Shown: positions 28,510-38,364 of the stretch, piece after piece | How positions within the stretch are numbered: position 1 is the first letter of the stretch | How the letters are laid out: every line of letters begins with the position of its first letter | Source: Eledone cirrhosa | Lineage: Eukaryota | Direction: 5' to 3' | DNA length: 64,000 nucleotides | Assembly (NCBI GenBank): GCA_964016885.1 | Contig: OZ024741.1 | Span: forward strand, 310,248,001 to 310,312,000 | Notes under the pieces: generated by a model | Seen by the model: the letters and a program-made list of their open reading frames with translations, nothing else | The model's database searches: none | What the model was told of the DNA's origin: nothing | Translations under genes and position numbers: made by a program

Positions 28510-31500
28510 CATCGTGAGCTCCGCAAAGGTTTGTTATTTCCGTTTGTTAAAAATTGCCATTTATGGAAAATTTTATTGTTAACTGTTTATAAGCACACAT
28601 ACATTGTTTTCCGAAAAGGACACCCAAAAAGATTGGGGCCTTGTGCCCGAAATTTTAACTTTTATTATTATCAAAAAATTTCTTTGAAAAAAAAATGGCT
28701 AATTCACCTCTGCACGAAGCAGCTGAAAGCCTTCCTCACAAAATAACACCTCACACCGACACCACCATTGGAAATGTTACTACGTTTGCCAACACAAAAA
28801 AAAATATAAGCAGTAGCAATATTTTAAATTTGTCTCAGGCAGACATTCATTTCCCGCCATTACCAATGACTGCAGGTGTTAAAGCCTCCACCACCACCAC
28901 AACCGCGACAACCACCACCACCACCACCACCACCACCGCGACAACAGAAACAAAAGAAGAAAAAAATAAATTAACTCGTGATGTCGAAATGAAATCAAGC
29001 AAAATGGACTCTTCCCCACCAAAGACGACTGACGTCACCACCACCACAACTGAAACTAAAATTAATATTAACGATAGCAACAACAACAACAATGACATTA
29101 TAAAAACGTCCCCCAGTTTTGCAATAGTAGCAAAACAGTTCGAAGCATATACGGTAACTCAGGAGGATTTAGAAAATGCCAAACAAATGGTAAAGAAAGA
29201 TGGGTACAGGGTCAGCCTCACCCCCCCACCTAATAAAATGGAGCATCGGCGCCTATGCACCGTGTCGTATCGAACAATAAATGTAAAATCGCGCCGAGTG
29301 GAACGGGCATCCGAGTCCCAAATCGAAAAAGCTTTGGGACATGTGTGGGCAAGAAAAACCCACATCAGACGTGGGAAAAAGTATGGAACCGTGGACGTGT
29401 TCTTTGAAACACCAGAGGAGGCTAGAGAACACTCCATGGCCCCATTAAGAAGTGACGACTTCACACTCGTCCCAAGCTATTGTGGCCAGAGACTCGTAAA
29501 GATCAGGGTGACCCACGTTCCACCGGCCATCGAAATTCCCTGGCTAATAGCGGCTGTCCTCGCCGGCATCGAAGCCAACACGAAAATAATAGCAATATCA
29601 AAAGAAAAGCAGGAGAACTGGTCCGGATCTGGTATGGAGCTCCTGATCCAAGCGGACCAAAAAAGCATTGAGGAGATCCCAGAGGTAATAGACCTCACTG
29701 ACGGCAGCCACCTCACGGTAATTGTCAAGGGCAGAAGACCTAGGTGTGTCGTTTGTGGTGAAGGAACCCACCTAAGGGCTTTCTGCCCTCAGGCTAAAAG
29801 GTTGAGGCCACCTCTCCTACCCACCCCAGTGACACAACCATCAACACCACCAGTAGCAGAGATGGCAGCAACAACTGTAGCAGCAACAACAGAAGCAACT
29901 ATAACAGCAACAACCCCAGCAACAGTAGCAAAACCAACACCACCACCACCCAACGCTTCAGAACTAGCACCAGCGCCTACACCATCCACCACGCCACAAC
30001 CAAAACTAACGGCTGTGCAGGATTTTCCACTCTCCGGCCTATCACTGGAGACAGATTGTGACGACGAGGAGTGGGAAACGATATCCGGAAAAAAGAAAAG
30101 AAACCAAAAAAGAAAAAATTCTCTTCCTTCCCCCTCCAAAAACAAAATACAGGGGGAAACAAATAAATTAAGAAACAAAAAAGTTAGGACAGATATGCCA
30201 CCATCCACACCAGCATCACCAACCCCATCAACCCAAACACCAACACCATCACCATCATTAACCCCAACACCACCATCACCTACACCACAAAAGTCACCAA
30301 AATGCGAAACAGAAACAAACCCACAACAAACGCAAACAAAACAAAACAACCAAAACGATACACACTACACAGCATTAAATTTGAACAACAAGCAATTATT
30401 ACACTACATCCAACACAACACCAGCATCACAGAAAAAGACTACACAACAACCCCAAAATTCACACCACCTCCACACATACAAATCACTCGCATCACACAG
30501 AAAACGTACATGACACTAAAACAAAAATTCCCCAAAGACATCGGAGACTTCCGACAAGCACTCTCCAGGAGGATTTATAAGGACATCCTTCCTGAGGAGG
30601 CCACAAGCAGTGAAAAGATGGAAAAACCGTCCTTCCCCTACGAGAAGTAAGGTAAGTGGTCTTTCCCATCTTTTCCACTCCTTTTCAACATGACCTCACT
30701 CAGAATAGGCAGCATAAATGCGCGTGGCTTGGGGTCGTCATGGAAGCAGGGCCACCTGCTCAACGACCTCAGGTCACTAAACATAGATGTAGTGGCCATC
30801 AGCGAGACCAGAATCTCCGAAGCACAGGCTTTCGCACCGATCTTCGGCGGCTACGATGTGTACGCATCTCCCAGCCGTCCGGGATCGGGGGGAGGAGTTG
30901 CTGTGCTTTTTCGGAGAGGTTTGGATCTTGCCATACGGGCCATCTTCCTGGACCCAGAAGGTAAGTTGGTGGTGCTGGACGTGACCAGCGGAGACGGGCA
31001 AGCTTTCAGGCGTCTGGAGACCTTTCTTGGAACGTCCCGCTCTTTAGTGTTAGTGGGCGACTGGAACGGGATCTTAGATGCACGCTGGGATTGTGTGGGA
31101 TTAGTGGATAGGGAATGAGGGTGCAAGAGTCTCACCAACCTGCTCAGACGTTTTGAACTGTCTGACAGGTACCGAATGGATTTCCCGAATGTACCAATGT
31201 GGACTTGGACAAATCGCATAGGGTCATCCAGATCATATCTAGATAGAGTATTTTGTAGGGAAATAGATAGGTCTAGCATAGGCTGTCCACAATTCAAGAT
31301 AGTCAGCTACACGGACCACAAATTCGTGATCTGTGTGCTTGACTTAGATAGGCTTCATAGGCGAGGACCCGGCTACTGGAAGCTAAACGCGTCCTTACCA
31401 GCGCGCATGGCCTACAGAGACCGGATTAGCGAACTAGTTAAGCGGGCGTTGACGGGGGCCATCGTCAACAACAAGTGGTGGTTTGCTCTGAAAAGAGCGA

Positions 31501-33258
31501 TTAGAATAGAGTCCATTAGGTTTAGTAAGGCTTTAGCAATAGAGAAAAATAGAGCAGAGGGAGAACTAGTTAGAAAATTAAACGAGGCGCTTAGCAAAAG
31601 CATCGCTACCGACGTACTTGCGGCGAAATTGACCCTTGACCAATTCTTCAATGCAAAGCACGAAGGCTGCGTTGTCAGAGCTAGGGTGCGTGCTGTCAGA
31701 CACGAGGGGACGAAAGCCGTTCAATGGGCCCGAGTGGCGGAGGCGCGTCGTGGCAACAAAGCCACTATCCGCTCTTTGGCGGACCACGACGGGCGCATGC
31801 TACTCGATCCCGGGAAAATGTGTGAAGCTTTTCAGCGACACTTCGCACAACTGTTCGGGGGCATCGGCAGGCCGGATCGAGGGATGGACTTTCGTGTCTA
31901 CCTCGACGGACTGCCGCGGGTCTCGGCCACCGAGGCGGAGTGTTGTGAAAAGCCGATAACAGCCGCTGAAGTACGGGAGGCAATGACTGGCTGCACAAGG
32001 GGTAAATCGCCTGGTTTGGATGGTCTGCCCTATGAACTTTACGTATAGATGCCAGACTTATTCGGAGGCCTCTTGGCGGACGTCTACTGCAACTGGCAAC
32101 AGAACGGGAGAATTCCCAGCTCTGTGAGCCGAGGAGCGGTGGAGCTGCTGAGAAAGGATCTGAACAAGGAGATAACATAGATAATTTCAGGCCCATAACT
32201 CTGTTAAACACAGAGTTCAAGATTTTGGCCAAGGTTCTTGCAAAGAGGTTGGCGCTTGTCGTTGGTGGTCTGGTTGGGAGAGGCGCAGACATGCGCCATT
32301 CCCGACAGATCCATTCTCGACAACCTCCACCTCATGCGATACATCGTAGAGAGGGTAGCTAGGGAACCTGACACGAGTGGGTCCTTGATCAATTTAGATC
32401 AGTCGAAAGCTTTCAATAGGGTCGACCATCGTTACATAGCGGCAGTCCTGAGGGCGGCTGGCTTTGGGCCCGTCTTCAGAGGCTGGATCGCTGCCATGCA
32501 CAGCAACATCTGCTCTGTGGTGAGAGTGAACGGTCACCTATCGGAACCGTTCAACATCATGCGCTCGCACCGCCAAGGATGTCCCCTCTCGTCCCTATTG
32601 TACGTATTGACTCTCGAGCCATTACTGCACAAACTGGAGACGTTGAGGAGGGTCCCGCGCGAACTCGGATGCGGAAGATCCGTGTCAACATATGTGGACG
32701 ATGTCACCGTAGTGGTGTCGAACGCCAAACACATCGAGGCAATCGGCACTACACTAAGAGAATACGAAGCGGTGACAGGAGCAATGATCAACCAGGAAAA
32801 GTCAGTGGGCCTGTAACTCGGCACCTGGATAGGCAGGTCCATGCTGTCCAACAGCGTCATCGGGCGTTGGACGGACGGACCGGTTAAATTGCTAGGGGTC
32901 TGGTTCGGTCCGGACCTCCAGACGGACAAAAACTGGGACGAGGTGACGAGCAGGGTGGCTTCTCTCACCCAGAAATGGGCGGAGAGGAAGCTATCCCTGA
33001 AAGTCGAGCGGAGGTGGCTAACGCGTACATCGCGTCCGCCAACTACTACCGCCTGACCGTCGTACCTTGTCCTAAGCCTCGCCTGACTACGCTGGAGCGT
33101 TTGCTCCTTCGCTTTTTGTGGAAGGGACGCGCTCCGATAGTCAGGAGGTCCATCTGCTGTCAACACCCGCTACGTGGAGGGGTGGGCATGCCGTAGCTGA
33201 TGATGCGCAGACACGCGCTCAGGCTACGACATCTCGACCTCTTCCTCGACGGAGATAA
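28510..33258 (+). mobile_element. Tx1/L1-clade LINE copy 2, 3'-truncated
   Basis: Highly similar to copy 1; ORF2 from 30690 has several stops and frameshifts and ends abruptly at ~33255. Confidence 0.95.
28695..30650 (+). CDS. Intact LINE ORF1 (651 aa; putative RRM-like region, CCHC zinc knuckle, Pro/Thr-rich tail, basic KKKRNQKRK)
   Basis: Uninterrupted ORF; CX2CX4HX4C; followed 40 bp later by ORF2 ATG. Confidence 0.88.
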   Translation: MANSPLHEAAESLPHKITPHTDTTIGNVTTFANTKKNISSSNILNLSQADIHFPPLPMTAGVKASTTTTTATTTTTTTTTTATTETKEEKNKLTRDVEMKSSKMDSSPPKTTDVTTTTTETKININDSNNNNNDIIKTSPSFAIVAKQFEAYTVTQEDLENAKQMVKKDGYRVSLTPPPNKMEHRRLCTVSYRTINVKSRRVERASESQIEKALGHVWARKTHIRRGKKYGTVDVFFETPEEAREHSMAPLRSDDFTLVPSYCGQRLVKIRVTHVPPAIEIPWLIAAVLAGIEANTKIIAISKEKQENWSGSGMELLIQADQKSIEEIPEVIDLTDGSHLTVIVKGRRPRCVVCGEGTHLRAFCPQAKRLRPPLLPTPVTQPSTPPVAEMAATTVAATTEATITATTPATVAKPTPPPPNASELAPAPTPSTTPQPKLTAVQDFPLSGLSLETDCDDEEWETISGKKKRNQKRKNSLPSPSKNKIQGETNKLRNKKVRTDMPPSTPASPTPSTQTPTPSPSLTPTPPSPTPQKSPKCETETNPQQTQTKQNNQNDTHYTALNLNNKQLLHYIQHNTSITEKDYTTTPKFTPPPHIQITRITQKTYMTLKQKFPKDIGDFRQALSRRIYKDILPEEATSSEKMEKPSFPYEK

Positions 33259-33401
33259 AGTACACTATATATACATTCATATATATATATGGCTATTTCA
33301 GAGCACCAATTCTAATTTTTAATTTCTGCCTGACCGGCAACCGCTCTGTATAATCAGACCCTGATTATTTACTAGAATTCTATAAGAACCAAACATCCGT
33401 G

Positions 33402-33496
33402 ATTTCAGCAGACGGGAGGAGTAGTTGGCTTTGATCAGCATCAATAAATGCAGAAACATGGCCTTGTCAGCTTTATCTCCCCCTGTTTGCTGAAAT
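33402..33496 (+). ncRNA. Degenerate hammerhead in long hairpin
   Basis: ggct TTGATCA gcat-caataa-atgc a GAAA ca-tggcct-tg TC agct, inside atttcagcagacggg/ccctgtttgctgaaat arms; core mutated at positions 3 and 8. Confidence 0.5.
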
Positions 33497-34129
33497 TAAA
33501 GTAGGTGAGTCTGTCACTACACTAAAACAATAGCATAAGGTCTTCGAAATGCTTTTAATTAAGCATAAAGTGTATTGCAAAATACACTATATATACATTC
33601 ATATATATATATATATATATATATACACTCTCACACATACACACTCATACTCTCTAAAACCATATCCCCAAAATAGAATTTCTTTTATAACCCCACTTTT
33701 GCCAATCCCATTTACCTCCCTCACCTATAGAATTTGTCTCTAGCTTACAATTCCCCTCTTCACCACCCCATCTGAACTGTTGACCAGTCCATTAACACAA
33801 TTAAGATACACACACATATTTACAGAAAATCTCCCTAAAGATAATTTTGTTCTGTGTGAAACAACACAACTACCAGCACTGCTTCTGTTGCTACTACCAT
33901 GACTACCTCCCCTTTTCCAGTCTTTTTCTCAACAAGAAAGATGAACAAACTTGCTCAACATGTAATTTTAAATCTTTAATTTTTAATTCTTTTTAATTCT
34001 TATTAATTGTAATACTCAATTGTAATGATAAGTTTGATTTTACTAATACATCGAAACCAGTTATATTTTATATATTTTATATACACTATAAAACTCTTTT
34101 TAAAAAGAATTGTCTCTCTCATTTTTTTT

Positions 34130-35300
34130 CAATAATGTCACTTTGACGAATCAAAGAAAAGGGAAAAAAAAGAAGAAAAACAGTAAAAAGATGCGGATGA
34201 CCCCAACTGTGGTATATGCGTCAACCTAATAGAGGGATCAGAGTCTTGCTTCAAATAAGGGCACCGCTTTACGGTGAAATACAATTTTACATGCGCATCA
34301 GAAAACCTGATATATGTGTTAACGTGCTCAAGCTGTCGAGAGCACTACATAGGACAGACTAAAAATATATAATGAACGTTCATAGATCCCGAATTAAAAT
34401 ACGAGAATATAGAAAAATAGCACTGAGTGAACACATTTCCACCCGCGCCTCTAATGAACAATCCTATTTCAGAATTTTCCCCCCTCTACAAATTTAAAGA
34501 TAACGCTTCCTACATTCAGCGCATTAGCAAATGATCACATTTTATCTCTAAATACGAACTCCCTTTAAATGCATTTACCTCTGACGAAACTGCAACGAGC
34601 ATCCACCATTGACACCAATGGACAGATTAAGGAAGATAGATTTCTTTAGAAACAACTACACTGCAAGTCAATTTCCAACACCAACGGACAAACCAAGAAT
34701 GCCTGCATTAACGACTGAAATACTAAGATAGGTAAATTTAGAAACAATTACTTCCTCAGTCAACTTTAAGGTCACTCACTTATTTAAGTTAGTCCCACAG
34801 ACAGCTCCCTTTACTGCCATAAATAGTGATACTATTACTACTACACTTCCCCGTCGTCTCCTTCTTTTTCGTACACCCCTTCTTCGTCTTTCCCTTCGTT
34901 CTTTGCCATTACCCCTTTATTACTACCACACCTCTCTTCTTCTTCTTCTTCTTCTTCTTCTTCTTCTTCTTCTTCTTCTTCTTCTACCACTAACACCACT
35001 ACAATCGAAGTCAACATCAAGAACATATAACGAGCTAGTGCTACTTTCACTACCATTGCTGCAATTATAGTGAACACCATCAAAGAGGGAAAGCGGTAAA
35101 CAAAAATGTGAACTCTTCTATATATATGTATGTTAACCATGTTATTTTATGCCATATTCTTATTAATATACAACTTAAATCCATTATAAATGTTATTATA
35201 CACTTCCGAAATATGAAGAAGCACATGTGGCTAAAACCGGTACGATAAATTTCTTTTTTATAAATAAATGTTTTGCTGTCATTCTATGAGAAAATCCCAT
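34130..35300 (+). mobile_element. Old PLE 3' fragment (GIY-YIG) with (CTT)n-containing 3' region
   Basis: Translation PNCGICVNLIEG...TCASENLIYVLTCSSCREHYIGQT (~34200-34365); the 3' region resembles 14860-14975. Confidence 0.75.
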
Positions 35301-35332
35301 TAGCATTTTCTACTGTTTTTTTCTTTTTTAGT

Positions 35333-35396
<64 letters not shown>

Positions 35397-35592
35397 GGTT
35401 TGTTGGTTCACCACTGGATAGAATTGGTCATTCCGTATGATCAATCTCGTAGTAATATTATGGAGAGTACTCAACGTAATGCAGCTCACCCGTCTTCGTT
35501 TGTGTAGTTGGTGGTGCGAGTATGGAGTGGAGTTAATTATTATAATAAAATAACAGGAGGCTGGACTGGTGTATATCCTTGAAAGGTTTATT

Positions 35593-35650
35593 ATACTATG
35601 ATCATTTCAATGACCGGGTTCCGTATGAATCCGGTGATATCATCAGGTAT
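35593..35650 (-). ncRNA. Minimal type I hammerhead ribozyme, solo cassette
   Basis: atac CTGATGA t-atcaccgg..ccggtcat-t GAAA tgatca TA gtat; palindromic loop III. Confidence 0.82.
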
Positions 35651-35812
35651 TCGAAATATAACAAAGGAATATAACAGACAAAATCCATGGGGCTGAAAAT
35701 CATAGACAAGAGGACAACCGACCATCTAGCATCTTCTACCTCAGTCGGTCGCCCTCAAGTGTCTATGATTTTCAGCCCCATGGATTTTGTTTGTTATATT
35801 TCGAATACCTGA

Positions 35813-35857
<45 letters not shown>

Positions 35858-35922
35858 AGATTTTCTTTAGAACTGCTGGACTAACAACCTAGCAGTCCCC
35901 TCAATATTAATGTTATTGGGCA

Positions 35923-36045
35923 CCCACTGAAGATTTATAAGAGCTCACTTGAATAAGTATCTGTTGATCTTATACAAGCTTCTACATAACTTGGTATAAT
36001 TTCACCCAACTTGTAGAAATCTTATAATGAAACGAGTCGTTTGGG
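35923..36045 (+). ncRNA. Type I hammerhead with ~95-nt stem II domain
   Basis: ccca CTGAAGA t-ttataaga...tcttataa-t GAAA cga-g-tcg TT tggg; homolog at 49794-49920 (-). Confidence 0.7.
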
Positions 36046-36212
36046 AAATGATATATTTGATATATCTCATATGAAATAATACAGCCAATTATCCACACAA
36101 TACAATTTAGTTAGTACCCCAAACGTTTAATTGGGAATATACTCAGGTATTTCCTAATGTTTGTTGAGTGAGTTGGAATTTGGGCGGAGTATCGCTTTTA
36201 GCTTTCTCCGAT

Positions 36213-36294
<82 letters not shown>

Positions 36295-36461
36295 TATAAA
36301 CGGAAAATATGAAACGAAATTTCATTTCTCACTCTCAGTACGGCTGTTACTTAAATATAAGTATGTATACGTACATACATATATGTATACAGACGTCCAG
36401 TAGTATGTATATATATATATACATACATGCACAGACGTTCAATCATCTGGCAGGAAGGTAT

Positions 36462-36504
36462 ACGTTGCTGACGATAGCTAATAAGCTTGAAACTAGTACA
36501 GCGT
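36462..36504 (+). ncRNA. Minimal type I hammerhead ribozyme, solo cassette
   Basis: acgttg CTGACGA t-agct-aata-agct-t GAAA ctag TA cagcgt; palindromic loop III, GUA triplet. Confidence 0.87.
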
Positions 36505-36707
36505 TCCTTTGTCAGGGTTGAACAAATGAGCAACGATGGTTGCTAGACACTGTGCGGCTTAATTCGGGATGTTTGTTTACAAACACACCGAGCATAATAA
36601 TAAATGTTCGGTGAATCCATACGTACATATATATATGTGTGCATGTATGTATATATATATACATACTACTGTACGTCTGTATACATATATGTATGTACGA
36701 ATACATA

Positions 36708-36804
<97 letters not shown>

Positions 36805-36822
36805 CACACATATATACATATA

Positions 36823-38362
36823 GTCGTCAATAGGTGTGCTAAAAATAGCAGCTAAATGGGGGAACCTCGTTGTGGTCCATAGGTTTGCTTGATAAAGCAG
36901 TTATACATAAGCTAAATAGGGGAACCTCATGGTGAACAATAGGTGTGCTAGAAAAAGCATCTAAATAGGGAAAACGTGATTGTGGTCCGTAGAAGTGCTA
37001 AAAATAGCAGCCCAATAGGGGGAAGCACATAGCCGTCCATAGGTGTGCTAGAAATAGCAGCTACATCAACTAAACAGGGAGAACCTCATCGTGGTCCAAA
37101 GACGTGCTAGAAATAGGAACTAAATATGGGGAACCACATGGTGGTCAATATGTGTGCTAGAAATAGGCAGCTACATCAGCTAAAAAGAGGGAACCATATG
37201 GTGGTCAGTATGTGTGCTAGAAGTAGCTGCTAAATAAGGGGAAGCACACGGTGGTCAATAAGTGTGCTAGAAATAGCAGCTACACCAGTTAAACAGGAGG
37301 CACCACGTGGTGGTCCATAGGTATGCTAGAAATAGCAACTAATTTGGGGGAACTTCCTGGTGGTCTATAATTGTGCTAGAAATACCATCTGATTAAATAG
37401 AACTTCATGGTGGTAAATAAGTGTGCAAGAAATAGAAGCTACATCAGCTAAACAGGGGAAATCTCATAATAGTACATAGGTTGGCAAGAAATAGCAGCTA
37501 CACACGCAGGGGAAACTCATGCTGGTCAACGGGTGTGTAAGAAATACCAGCTAAATGACGAAACACATGGTTTGCTAGAAATAAGAGCTACATCAAATAA
37601 ACAGGGGGAACATCATGGTGACCCATAGGTAGGCTAATAATAGCAGTTAAATATGGAGACCCATATGGTGGTCAATAGGTGTGCTAGATATTGCAATTAC
37701 ATCAGCTAAACAGGGGAAAACTCATGGTGGTACATAGGAACAAACTTATAATGTATGTTAGGTGTGCCAAAATAGCAGCTAAATAGGGAGAATCTCATAG
37801 TGGTCGATAAGTGTGCTAGAAAAAGTAGCTAAATCGTGTGAACCTCATACTAGTCCATAAGTGTGTTAAAAATTGAAGCTAAATAGAGGAACCTCATGGT
37901 GGTCCATAGGTGTGCTTGATATAACAGTAAAATAGTGGGCACCTGGTGGTGGACTATAGGTGTGCAAGTAATAGCAGCTACATCGAGCGGAAATTCATAG
38001 TGGTCCAGAGGTGTGCTAAAAATAGCAGCTAAATAGGGGAAACCTCATGCTGGTCCATAGGTGTGGTAGAAATAGCAGGTGAATAGGGAGAATCCTATGG
38101 TGGTCCATAGATGTGCTAGAAATAGCAGCTATATTAGCTAAACAGGCAAATATTATGGTAGTACGTATGTGTGCTAGAAATAACAGCTACATAGGGGAAC
38201 CTCACGGTCGTTCATAGGTTGTCGAGAAATAGTAGCTACATCAGCTAAACAGAGGGAACCTCATGGTGGTCCTTAGGTGTGGTAGAAATAGCATCTAAAG
38301 ATGGGAACGCGATAGTTGTCAATAGTTGTGCAAGAAATAGCAAGAAATAGCAGCTAAAGATG
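36823..38362 (+). repeat. Tandem satellite of mixed ~50-bp and ~59-bp units
   Basis: Consensus ataggtgtgctagaaatagcagct[acatcagct]aaataggggaacctcatggtggtcc, roughly 28 diverged copies. Confidence 0.92.
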
Positions 38363-38364
38363 GG

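Noticed and set aside
35205-35250. Possible HHR remnants (also ~34020-34070 and ~55178-55210)
   Set aside because: Core halves and stems too decayed to support a call
36823-38362. CRISPR-like array
   Set aside because: The whole unit is repeated with no unique spacers, no cas genes, eukaryotic context
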